Source: an uncultured delta proteobacterium
GTDB taxonomy: Bacteria; Desulfobacterota; Binatia; UBA9968
Assembly: GCA_963804165.1 (NCBI GenBank)
Contig: CAWDPO010000006.1
Span: 224,001 to 288,000 of the forward strand
Length of the DNA stretch: 64,000 bases
Direction of reading: 5' to 3'
Below are positions 38,708 through 48,018 of the stretch, piece by piece. The notes beneath the pieces were generated by a model. The model was not told the DNA's origin. It did not search any database and saw nothing but the letters and a program-made list of their open reading frames with translations. The first letter of the stretch is position 1; each line of letters opens with the position of its first letter. A program made the translations under genes and the position numbers.

Positions 38708-39202
38708 TTAGAGATATGCCAAGAGCCGGCCGCAAGTGATCACGCCAGCCCATAAACAAAGCGAAAGAACCGCTGAGACCTTGGCGGCCGCCGGCATCGC
38801 GGATTGTAGATCCCAAATAGCGACCGTCCGAAAGATGCCAGCATGGAAGACCGCTGCATTAAGACCCGCGAGGCATAACAGCACAAGCTTCAGTTGAAAA
38901 GCGGGGTTGGCCGCCATTTCAGTGGCGTGTGCTGCAAACATCATGGCGCCGGTGGGCACAATCACGAGCAGACTGCGCCGCGCCCACGGCAGCAGGTGCC
39001 TGGCGAGATCGGCGACAGAGATAAAGCGCGAGATGCCGAGCAACCTCAGATCGAAGAGCGCAGCGCCGCCCACCAGCACGGAAAATCCGAGAATGTGGAG
39101 AATTTCAACGATCGGGTACAGCCACAACCACTCGCGCATGGCCGCCGCGAACCCCGTGGTTTCGATCCAGACAAGCCAGGCCGGTCCGCTAGGTGGATGC
39201 AT
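38708..39202 (-). CDS. DUF6644-like membrane protein
   Basis: WLYPIVEILHILG, FDLRLLG, NPAFQLKL, SLCLWAGVITCGRLLAY. Confidence 0.8.
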   Translation of the reverse strand: MHPPSGPAWLVWIETTGFAAAMREWLWLYPIVEILHILGFSVLVGGAALFDLRLLGISRFISVADLARHLLPWARRSLLVIVPTGAMMFAAHATEMAANPAFQLKLVLLCLAGLNAAVFHAGIFRTVAIWDLQSAMPAAAKVSAVLSLCLWAGVITCGRLLAYL

Positions 39203-39232
39203 CGATCGGGGAGTCGAGCTTTAACAAGCTGT

Positions 39233-39595
39233 TTAACGAAGCTCCGTGGTACGTCCGCCGATGGTGATGCGCTCCGCGCGCAACTCTTCCGGATCGGTTC
39301 GGCTCGGATATCCGAAGACAGCCGCTTCGGTACCGGCGGCGAGATTCTTGCGCGGCAACTGTCTGCCCTCCATGCGCGACGGCGGCGCGAGAACAACTAC
39401 CCAGGTCTTGTCCGCAGCCTTGAGCCGCACGAATCCATGGGGATGCTCGTAACCCGACTCGACGATGGTTCCTTTCAGCTCCAGCGCTTTGCCCGAGTCG
39501 TAACCGCTCCAGCCATGATGGGCGAAAGCCGGCATACTGAACAAGGCGATGCAGGCTCCGAGACTCGCCGTTCGCCAGATTGGGCTCATGATCAT
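39233..39595 (-). CDS. DUF6152-like secreted protein
   Basis: RBS GGAGGAGG; signal peptide ending PAFA, then HHGWSGYD; YEHPH. Confidence 0.8.
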   Translation of the reverse strand: MIMSPIWRTASLGACIALFSMPAFAHHGWSGYDSGKALELKGTIVESGYEHPHGFVRLKAADKTWVVVLAPPSRMEGRQLPRKNLAAGTEAAVFGYPSRTDPEELRAERITIGGRTTELR

Positions 39596-40033
39596 GCCTC
39601 CTCCCGAACCGTGCATTAAGAATGTCACAGGTCAAAAGTCAGCATAGATCGGCCGTTCACGCGACTCAAGATAGAGTTCAAAGCGAAGAACCGCAGCACC
39701 GATCACGCGTAGCCCCTCAAGCGGTGGGAACGGGCGTATCACTTGAACCAATCGCATGAAGCCAAATCGCCAATAGGGTCATAGCCAATACTTCAGGAAA
39801 GATGGTCAAGATTGTAGATTGTTGCGTCCCTCTTTGGAGGAACGCCATTCGCAGCTCGTCTATCCGTAAATGCTGGCGCTGATCCATAGGACACGCCGTA
39901 GATGCCACTTCACTGATCCAAAGAGACTCTAGCTCATGCGGCTTGACAAGCAGATCGGCGGGTTGAGTAGCGTCCGTTTACCTGAGGGATCGAGTTGCCG
40001 CGCCAGTCTTAAGTTTGTGTCGTCCTACAGGAG

Positions 40034-40768
40034 GTGGGTTTAAACATGCTGATACTCCCACTTGAGCTGTTTCTGATGTTCGGGCTTCCCATTCGCGCTT
40101 GCGGCGCCGCTCGACGATTTGGTGGCAGCGGCGAAGAAAGAGGGAGTCATCGCGTAGGCAACCAGTTCGTCCTTCCCGCCTACAATAGAAACCTCTTACC
40201 CGCACAAGATGTGCCGAAGCGCTGGGAAGATCTTCTCGACGCGAAATGGAAGGGACAGAAGCTCGGCGTATCGACCGCCACCCACCACTTGTCCCGCTTG
40301 GCCGTCGGGCCCTGGGGTGAGGCTACAGCTTCGGAATTTGTCAGAGCCATCGCAAAACAGGATCCCATTCTCGGAACCCTCGCGAATCTGTACACCCGCC
40401 TTCAGGTCGGTGAAATTTTATTGGCCGTGACTCTTGTCGATAGTTTTATCTCTCAAGGGAAGAAAGATGGGGTTCCCATTGTATTTGCCGAAGGTTTGGA
40501 TCCGGTGATCTCGCCGACTTACAATGCCGGCGTGCCTAAAGGGGCAAGCCATCCCAACGTGGGACATCTCTTTGCAGTTTTTCTTACATCGTTGGAAGCG
40601 CAAGAGTTGTGGAAAAAGTTCAACGGCCAAACATCGGCGCTTATTCCCGGCACCACCGCTTACAAGCATGCCCAGGGCAAACCCCTCTTTCAGATGAATC
40701 AGAATCAAGCCCAAACGGTGGAACGGCTGGCTCGACAGTACGGAAAGATTATAGGTTTCGAAAGATAG
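40034..40768 (+). pseudogene. ABC substrate-binding protein (iron/polyamine-type fold) with internal deletion
   Basis: LDDLVAAAKKEGVI (another frame) is joined directly to GNQFVLPAYN..VPKRWEDLLDAKWKG; APHPN-like ASHPNVG present. Confidence 0.65.
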
Positions 40769-41156
40769 TGCGATCGCTCGCCATTCGGTCGGATGCAAAA
40801 TCCTGGCTTTGAACGCCTTGAACCGTTTGCGACCAGATGAACGTCAACTGATTAGTTGTAGCTGATGAATTCGCTCCGTCGCCCTTCAGTGACAGGGTGT
40901 TTAAAGTCCTCAATGGCCGCTATGCACCCCTGGACAAAACGCAAAGATAAAGACCCGACCTTAGGAATGTGCTGGGAATGTGTAACCCCGGGGATCTGAC
41001 TCGTTGGATTCGATGTGTCGTTGCGAAATGGACCAGCGTGCGGGACTGATGCCGATGCTATGGGTATGCCACGTGTATGACCCTCTGCGTAAGCTCACTC
41101 ATCGTGGGCGGGCAGGATAATCGATCTTATTCTGCAGCTCTCTCGATGAGATCGAA

Positions 41157-41279
41157 TCATTTGATAACGAGCGAAAAAGATTGGTTCTCTCTCTTAGCCC
41201 TTTTCGCGGCTCTTTTTTCCATCAAGGTCTTCAGTGGTTTCTTCTTCTCTTGTTTCTTACTGTCCTTGCCTTTGCTCAT
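41157..41279 (-). CDS. Small Lys-rich protein (40 aa)
   Basis: RBS TAAGGAG; MSKGKDSKKQEKKKPLKTLMEKRAAKRAKRENQSFSLVIK; below the ORF-track size cutoff. Confidence 0.7.
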   Translation of the reverse strand: MSKGKDSKKQEKKKPLKTLMEKRAAKRAKRENQSFSLVIK

Positions 41280-41382
41280 GATTGTTACTCCTTATATCCG
41301 AGTTTGTACCTGACCCATTCCATCTCTGCTCATCCCGTTGGCATCAATTAACGATTGACCGGCGATCGCTGCCCGCGGCTGA

Positions 41383-41730
41383 TTACGGTTTCGCCGCAAG
41401 CAGCTTGGCGCAGGAATCGGCAACTTTACTATCGGCTTTATCTTCACCCGGCATGATCGACCAACTCTGCTTTTCAATATAGCGGGCTGTGTCCCACGAG
41501 TCTTTTCCTTTCATTTCTTTGAGATTCTCACCCTTACCCGAGTCGCGGTTAAACTGTGCAACACAGATCGATCCCAAGCGCTGGGCAACGGCATCTGCAG
41601 CGGTCTCCTTAGCCATTGCCGCTGCCGCGCCGCCTGTAACCCATCCGCCATAGTTGAATCCGAAGAAGGCCAATACTATCGCGCCGCCGAGAGCACTCCA
41701 CGAACCCAGCTTTATGTTATCCCAATCCAT
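41383..41730 (-). CDS. Conserved hypothetical membrane-anchored protein
   Basis: RBS GGAGG; GFNYGGWVTGG, ICVAQF, VADSCA (Cys pair). Confidence 0.75.
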   Translation of the reverse strand: MDWDNIKLGSWSALGGAIVLAFFGFNYGGWVTGGAAAAMAKETAADAVAQRLGSICVAQFNRDSGKGENLKEMKGKDSWDTARYIEKQSWSIMPGEDKADSKVADSCAKLLAAKP

Positions 41731-42020
41731 GAGACACCTCCCTTTAAATACAAGTTCGGAACACCCAGGTTTAATGCCCTGTGAACTTCATGCTGCGCCG
41801 GCTCAGCGACCGATGCTGTCTAATATTGAACAATACCGAAAATAATTATTATGTCTAAGTCGGCCATGGGCGTCCAGCGGCGAAGCTCTCTAACGGTCGC
41901 AATCAATCACCTCCACATCTTGAGCGCGCTATTCTCCAGTGGTTGAATGATGGCTAACAGGGCATCGCTGTTGCGGAAACTAAGAATTGGAACCGAAAAT
42001 GACGCATAAAGGAGGCTCTA

Positions 42021-42230
42021 GTGAACGATCATATTTATAAGCAGGTCGAATTGACGGGTTCGTCCCGAACTACCGTCGAAGACGCCGTTCAAAACGCCAT
42101 CACGAAGGCAGGCAAGACACTCCACAATGTTCACTGGTTCCAGGTGGTCGATACGCGCGGTTACATCGTCGACAATAAAATCGACTACTGGCAGGTAACG
42201 ATCAAGCTCGGCTTTCGGCTCGACGATTAG
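42021..42230 (+). CDS. Dodecin family flavin-binding protein
   Basis: HIYKQVELTGSS, AVQNAI, WFQVVDTRG, WQVTIKLGFRL. Confidence 0.93.
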   Translation: MNDHIYKQVELTGSSRTTVEDAVQNAITKAGKTLHNVHWFQVVDTRGYIVDNKIDYWQVTIKLGFRLDD

Positions 42231-42539
42231 CTAAGTTGTCAAGCTGTCGGGCCCGGCCAATCCCCGAATTTCTCCCGGAACCCGACGGCGCCGTTTTTGG
42301 CCAGTAGCACAAAATCGCCGCCGGCGCCGCTATCTCTGAAAGCCAAAAATCGAACTGTCGGGCCAGCCGGACGACGGTCGACCTCCGTCAAGGCTGGTTT
42401 TGAGGCGTGGCGACCATTCAACGGCCAACTGATGTTCGATCGACGCTTTGAAGTTGCGACCGGGACTGTCCGCCGTGGGCAAGAAGCTTTTCTAATGTCC
42501 TGATCTCCCAAGAATACCGGCTGACGTTTCGCTTCGCCT

Positions 42540-43205
42540 CTAAGGTTTTTCTCTCTTGACGGAAACGAGCAAGCCACCGATGCCCCGGCTACGGAGCACA
42601 GGAACGATGACTGAGACCAAATTGGGATGCGCAGCCGCTGCCTGGTTATAGCGGGTGATGCCGTTGTCGGTCTGTGGATCAAGCACCGCCGGTGACAATG
42701 CGTTGTCGGCGAGAATTAGGCCGCCGTCCCGGGTCAACGGCAGCGACAATTGCAAGTATTGCGGATAACCGTCCTTGTCAGCGTCAATGAAAACCAAATC
42801 AAACGGCGACTCATCCGAATCATTCAAGCGTTTCAGTGTTTCCACCGCCGGGCCGACGACGACCTCGACTTTCCCCGACAAAGCGGCTCGCTCCAGATTG
42901 CGGCGCGCAACGGCTGCGTGATGCGCATTGATTTCAAGTGAGATCAGCTTGCCGTCGCTGGGCAACGCGCGTGCCAGCCAGATCGCGCTGTAGCCTCCCA
43001 GCGTCCCGATTTCCAGTATGCGCTTGGCTTTCGCCTGTACCGCCAGGAGATGCAGCGTCTTCCCTTCGCTCGGCGAAACATGTATCTGCGGCATGTTTTC
43101 TCGCTTTATCTCTTCCCGTGCCGCCCGCAGAACATCGTCTTCCTGAGCGAACAGCCGGCTGATGTAGTCATCGAAATTCTGCGACGTGGGTTGTTGGTCT
43201 GTCAT
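42540..43205 (-). CDS. O-methyltransferase (Methyltransf_3 family)
   Basis: ILEIGTLGGYSAIWLARAL, FDLVFIDADK, ILADN. Confidence 0.92.
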   Translation of the reverse strand: MTDQQPTSQNFDDYISRLFAQEDDVLRAAREEIKRENMPQIHVSPSEGKTLHLLAVQAKAKRILEIGTLGGYSAIWLARALPSDGKLISLEINAHHAAVARRNLERAALSGKVEVVVGPAVETLKRLNDSDESPFDLVFIDADKDGYPQYLQLSLPLTRDGGLILADNALSPAVLDPQTDNGITRYNQAAAAHPNLVSVIVPVLRSRGIGGLLVSVKREKP

Positions 43206-43891
43206 TTTTTTTCTCCTCGCAATTGCGTTGCTTTGCTGGCGCTGGGTTGAGTAATGATCTCGCGAATCTCGTTCTGGCAGCGCTCCACTGCCTGGCGCAC
43301 CCGGCGGATCACCTGCTGATCGCCGCGCTCGATGGCCTCACGAAGGCCGCCCCAGGCCGTGCGGGCGAGATCGTCGAGCTGATCTTGAAGAAAACCAACC
43401 TCGTGCCGGCTCGTATGAACAGTGCTTCTGGACGCAAACCTTGCCCAGAAGGCGTCCACATCCTCGGCGTGGGCATCCAGATCAGTCCGCCCATGCTCGG
43501 TGAGACTGTATACACGCCGCTCCGCTTGCTGCTCAGAACGCACCTGCCCCAGTTCCTCCAGATATTGCATCGTCGGATAAACCGTACCCGGGCTGGACAC
43601 ATAACGACCGGCGGAGCGTTCTTCGAGGGTCTTAATTATTTCGTAGCCATGCTTGGGTCCATCGCGCAGCGCATCTAACAGCACATAGCGTGCCTCACCA
43701 CGCTTGGCCCGCCCATGCAGGCCGCCATAATGTCGTCTCCCGTGATGACCTCTGCCGCGGTGGCCGCTTTGATATGCGGAGTTGTCATCGGAGAATTTGC
43801 TCTCAATCTCTGTCTGCAGATGGCGTCGGCTTCTACGGCTATGATCACGACTGCTTAAATTGGTGTTGTCGCCTCTAGCTCGTTGTTTCAT
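43202..43891 (-). CDS. PadR family regulator with His/Gly/Arg-rich N-terminus (YqjI-like)
   Basis: PKHGYEIIKTLEERS, SPGTVYPTMQYLEE, RRVYSLTEHG. Confidence 0.88.
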   Translation of the reverse strand: MKQRARGDNTNLSSRDHSRRSRRHLQTEIESKFSDDNSAYQSGHRGRGHHGRRHYGGLHGRAKRGEARYVLLDALRDGPKHGYEIIKTLEERSAGRYVSSPGTVYPTMQYLEELGQVRSEQQAERRVYSLTEHGRTDLDAHAEDVDAFWARFASRSTVHTSRHEVGFLQDQLDDLARTAWGGLREAIERGDQQVIRRVRQAVERCQNEIREIITQPSASKATQLRGEKK

Positions 43892-43901
43892 CGAGTCCTC
43901 C

Positions 43902-43928
43902 TATATCGCGATGCATCACGATATATCG
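43902..43928. promoter_or_regulatory. Putative PadR operator
   Basis: TATATCGCGATGCATCACGATATA near-perfect palindrome overlapping perfect CGATATATCG, adjacent to the padR RBS. Confidence 0.65.
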
Positions 43929-44277
43929 TTATCTGAATCTTTTTCCAGTATCAAGACCCATCAGGACTCTCTGTTAGCCGGTCAACGCAATTACGGTATC
44001 GTTAGACGTCAGCGGCCAGAAAGAAAATTGTCGACAAGAATCTTTGCTCGTTCAATCCTGTGATCGCGCAATCGCTTGACGTTCGCGAAAATAGCCCAGC
44101 ATCTCGCTGTTGTATTTGTTGGGACTTAATGGGGTCAGGGACTTAATATGCACAACCCGGGTCAGATCTTTTGATGTCTCGGATCTCACTTATACAATTC
44201 GGTTGTGTTTCTGCAGCTTATGACGCGCGTAGAGTAACTGTACGTTTTCTTCCGTTATGGATGCCTCCCTCGACCAC

Positions 44278-44372
44278 GGAGTTCCGAGCAATGTTTTCTA
44301 TGCTCAGGATTTCTATGCGGGGAAAACGATCCGAATTGTGGTGGGTTTCCGGCTGACGGTGGGTTCAACTCG
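44278..44372 (+). pseudogene. Short remnant paralogous to the 5' end of the TTT substrate-binding gene at 48019
   Basis: YAQDFYAGKTIRIVVGF is identical in both; nucleotide similarity to about 48073-48167. Confidence 0.75.
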
Positions 44373-44413
44373 GTTATTGAAAAGAGAGATAGGCGCAGTT
44401 CTCTGCCCGACGC

Positions 44414-45034
44414 TTACGAGTCGTTGTTCAGAAAACTCAGCATTTCAAAGCGATCGCGCGCGGTGAATTTACCCTCGATTCTGACATGGTTGCCAGCCCG
44501 CAAAGTTCGGAAACGATCCCTATCGGAATCTCGCACGTACTCGGAAAGAAGCACCGAGACCGGCGGGCCGGATTGATCATCGAGCTCGAACGAATTGTCT
44601 CGCCGATTTACACTCGCCACTCTCCCGGCCAGAGTCTCAATCTGCTGCGCTGAGCTCGGAACGTCGCTGCGACTTTGGCTCGTAGGGTTTTCTTGAACGC
44701 GAATCAAATCCGCGTACGAATCACCGCGCAAATCCTTCTTTACTTGCATGGCCACGACATCGCCGGACTTTAATCGCGCCACAGGATATTCGCGGCCGCG
44801 ATAGAGCACCTGCGCATCCGCGCTCAATGCGACGGCTCGCCGATCGCTTTTGTTTGGACGCAAGTAGATCCGCCGCGCAGAAAGATCCACGCGTTCGACT
44901 TCGCCGACGACGTCATCCTGACCTTCTTCGATCGTCGGTCGACCGATCAGCGCGATATTTTCCATGCAGCCAGGGACGCCGATCAAGAGCATCCCCAGCG
45001 CCAGAAGCGAGGCCACGCGATCGATGAGGTTCAC
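44414..45034 (-). CDS. Lipoprotein with two OB-fold-like (DUF5666-like) repeats
   Basis: LLIGVPGC lipobox-like; VGEVERVD..LKSGDVV and LAGRVASVN..LRAGNHVRIEG. Start inferred at GTG 45034. Confidence 0.65.
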   Translation of the reverse strand: MNLIDRVASLLALGMLLIGVPGCMENIALIGRPTIEEGQDDVVGEVERVDLSARRIYLRPNKSDRRAVALSADAQVLYRGREYPVARLKSGDVVAMQVKKDLRGDSYADLIRVQENPTSQSRSDVPSSAQQIETLAGRVASVNRRDNSFELDDQSGPPVSVLLSEYVRDSDRDRFRTLRAGNHVRIEGKFTARDRFEMLSFLNNDS

Positions 45035-45044
45035 CCGGCAGCTG

Positions 45045-45272
45045 CTAGTAGAGAATCGAGCCTTTCTCGATCTGCGCTTTACGAGACTCATATTCTCTAC
45101 GAGATATTCTTTCGTTCCTGTAGTCGGCTTCCAATTTTTCCAATTGGTTATGAGCGTTGATCTCATAGCCTGCTCCGGTCGCCAAACCTCCCACCGCCGC
45201 TCCACCGAGGAATGCGCAACCACTTTGGGTGAGACCGATCAAAAGTGCTACTGCCAAAAAAATTTTCTTCAT
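45045..45272 (-). CDS. Small lipoprotein
   Basis: RBS GGAGG; MKKIFLAVALLIGLTQSGC lipobox, glycine-zipper-like GGAAVGGLATGAG. Confidence 0.8.
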   Translation of the reverse strand: MKKIFLAVALLIGLTQSGCAFLGGAAVGGLATGAGYEINAHNQLEKLEADYRNERISRREYESRKAQIEKGSILY

Positions 45273-45301
45273 GTTAAACCTCCAAGCTGATTAGGCCGTA
45301 G

Positions 45302-45317
45302 CGCAAAGCTCATGCCA
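45302..45317 (-). promoter_or_regulatory. sigma54 promoter
   Basis: TGGCATGAGCTTTGCG, close to the TGGCAC-N5-TTGC consensus, 30 bp upstream of the ATG. Confidence 0.75.
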
Positions 45318-45672
45318 TTGCCGACAGAACAAAATCTTCTTTAGTTAGTGGGGACTCTTACTCGGCTTTGGCCGATTCCACCGGAGGAAGGCAGGAAATT
45401 TCCTACAATCTGTCAGGATTTACGCCGAAATGATGGGCTCCCCAACGTGTGGAAACATCACGCAGAATTAATCTTCTGACGGGGTTTCTACTTAGTTTGA
45501 TTTGTCTCAACGGAGGCGCGGATCTCCGTTCTTAAATACAGACTCAGGCTCGCCCCCGTTAGACCGCGTTATCGCCAATTTAGCGACATTCAGAACCTTT
45601 TGAATGATTAGTCCCCTTAGATCTTGATTGCTCATCAAACTCATAGAATTTGCGCCCGTCGTTGTGATTCTT

Positions 45673-46527
45673 CTAAACTCTCGACTTTTTCTCGTTGAGA
45701 TAATGGTGCTCGATAGCGTCCAGGCGGCGCAGAGCGCGAAGCGCCTTCGGTTTATTGCGCGCTGCGACGGCTATAGCTAAAGCATTCAGCAATGACATCG
45801 AAGCCGCCAGGGACTGAGTTCTGTGTGGCCGCCGACAACCCAGTAGGTAAAGCGTCGATGTCCGCGCAATTTCCGAAGTCGGAGTGTGGCTAATCCCGAG
45901 CACCGGAATTCGATGCTTTACGGCATAATCGATAGTCATCCTGGTTTCTCTCGGGGTTTCGTCAAAACCCAGGGCAATTACAAGATCGCCTCTTTCCAGG
46001 AGTGCGAGCTGCTCAACGAGAGAGGTGCCGCCGGTTACGGTGATCAGCCGCGCATCCATCCGAAGCCGCACAAAACGAAAATACAGGAAATAAGCCAGCG
46101 AAAAAGCCGCGCGGAACCCGACGATAAAAATTTTGTTTGCGCCGACGACCATACCCACTGCCTCGGTAAAGGCAGCTTCTGTCAACTTAGATCGCGTCTC
46201 CTCGATCAGTTCAATATCGTTTTGGAAGAGCGACTGCGGAAAGCTTTCGTCCCAAATGCTCGTGACCGCATGTCGAAATCTAGATGCGTTTCCGGTTGCT
46301 TTTCTGAATTCGGCTTGAAGTTCCTTACGAAAGCTCGGATAGCCTTTATAGCCAAGTTGTTTGGCGAACCTAACGAGCGACGCTTCACTGACACCGATTT
46401 TCGGAGCAAGCTCCGTAATGGAATCAAACGATGCTGTAATTCCATTGCTTGCAAGATAGTCGGCAATCTTCCGTTGGTTTTTACTTAGCGTGGCATAGTG
46501 GTTCTGAACTTGCTTGAGGAATTCCAT
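45673..46527 (-). CDS. MurR/RpiR family regulator
   Basis: LSKNQRKIADY, VSEASLVRFAKQLGYKGY HTH; SIS domain. Confidence 0.92.
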   Translation of the reverse strand: MEFLKQVQNHYATLSKNQRKIADYLASNGITASFDSITELAPKIGVSEASLVRFAKQLGYKGYPSFRKELQAEFRKATGNASRFRHAVTSIWDESFPQSLFQNDIELIEETRSKLTEAAFTEAVGMVVGANKIFIVGFRAAFSLAYFLYFRFVRLRMDARLITVTGGTSLVEQLALLERGDLVIALGFDETPRETRMTIDYAVKHRIPVLGISHTPTSEIARTSTLYLLGCRRPHRTQSLAASMSLLNALAIAVAARNKPKALRALRRLDAIEHHYLNEKKSRV

Positions 46528-46681
46528 GACGGTGCTCTTTTGATTCGCTCCTTATTCTCCCTGTTTCTTGCTTGACAGTAATTTTTCATTTTGATAGCGC
46601 TCTGAAAGAATCTTTGCAAGTGCTCGACGCGAGACTCCGATAGAACGTCCGCGAAAGCAGTGCAACTCAAGGAGGCATGCC

Positions 46682-47827
46682 ATGGACCAGGCCACATATT
46701 TTTCAGCAGATTCACACGTCAACGAACCGCCGGCAGCATGGGAGCGTATACCTAAACAGCTGCGAACGCACGGACCCCATTTCGTTCAAGATCCCGGCGG
46801 TCGTAAAGGACTATTCATGGTGTTCGACGGCCATGAGCCTGACCCCGTAGGCATGACGTTTACAGCAGGAGTTCAGAAGGAGTCCGGCGGCGTTCGCAAG
46901 ATGATTGAGAATTTTAAATGGGAGGACTGGCGGGGACCCTGGGATCCGTTGGCGCGATTGAGCGATATGGATCTCGACGGCGTCAGAATGGAGGTGCTTT
47001 ATCCAAGCATGGCGCGCAATTTTTACAGCTTGAAAGGGGAAGAGATTCCGCTCCAGCAGGCCGGACTTAGGTCCTATAACGACTGGTTGCGCGACTACTA
47101 TGAGGCGGCGCCGGATCGGCTTCTCGGTCTTGGTCTTTTGTCTGCTCTCGATATCGAATGGTCGATTGACGAAATGAAACGTTGCGCGAAGCTCGGGCAC
47201 AAGGGCGTGGTGTTACCGTCGGGCCTTCCGGACGGCATGAGCTACGCGGATCCGGAATTTGATCGGCTGTGGGCAGCCGCCCACGACTTAGACTATCCCA
47301 TCCATTTTCATGTGAATATATTGCAGGGCAGAGATCGAATGGCTGCCCGTCTAAAAGTCATCACTCAGTTACAGCAGGGCCGCAATGCCGTGCGGCGAGG
47401 AATCCTGGAGCCTCTGGCCTTGATCACGGATCTTGTTTTTGGTGGTGTGCTGAATCGATTTCCGAACCTTCGATTCGTTTTTGCCGAGTACGAATTGTCC
47501 TGGCTGTACCCGTTTTTTACGAAAATGGATGGGTCCGTCAGCCGAGCACGTTCAGAGGCGCCCGAATCACCGACCCTGGAAGCGCTGCCGAGCGAGTGTA
47601 TCAGGCGGCAGGTTTACATCACATTTCAGGACGATCGCGTAGGCGTTCTCGGTTCACAGGCTCTCAATCTTGTAGATAACGTCATGTGGGCAAGCGACTA
47701 CCCGCACGGCGGCGCGACTTGGCCACACTCCAAAGATATCATTGAAGCTCAGTTCCAGGGCGTGTCCGATGAGATCAAGAGAAACTTGACCTGGAAGAAC
47801 GCGGCAAAGTTTTACGGCGTTGAATGA
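46682..47827 (+). CDS. Amidohydrolase_2 family protein
   Basis: SADSHVNEP, RLSDMDLDGV..EVLYPS, HFH, WASDYPH. Confidence 0.9.
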   Translation: MDQATYFSADSHVNEPPAAWERIPKQLRTHGPHFVQDPGGRKGLFMVFDGHEPDPVGMTFTAGVQKESGGVRKMIENFKWEDWRGPWDPLARLSDMDLDGVRMEVLYPSMARNFYSLKGEEIPLQQAGLRSYNDWLRDYYEAAPDRLLGLGLLSALDIEWSIDEMKRCAKLGHKGVVLPSGLPDGMSYADPEFDRLWAAAHDLDYPIHFHVNILQGRDRMAARLKVITQLQQGRNAVRRGILEPLALITDLVFGGVLNRFPNLRFVFAEYELSWLYPFFTKMDGSVSRARSEAPESPTLEALPSECIRRQVYITFQDDRVGVLGSQALNLVDNVMWASDYPHGGATWPHSKDIIEAQFQGVSDEIKRNLTWKNAAKFYGVE

Positions 47828-48018
47828 GTGCGAAAGTATCTTTGCTAGCCGATCGCAGTCTGATCAACTTTCACCTTCCTCGTAGTGGCGAAACTCTCTG
47901 GTGGTCGAATTATCCTTGACAGGCTCTATGCCGGTGGAGGATATTTTCGCGCAGCTTGCATTCCCGGGCACTGAACACCGAGTTCATACTCACTTCGAAT
48001 TTTATCGGAGGCTCATCG

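Noticed and set aside
41077-41313. 78-aa hydrophobic plus ORF
   Set aside because: Hydrophobicity is the antisense mirror of the Lys-rich microprotein, which has the RBS.
45625-45639. TTGAT-N5-ATCAA possible Fnr box
   Set aside because: Spacer is 5 bp rather than 4, and the site is far from any start codon.
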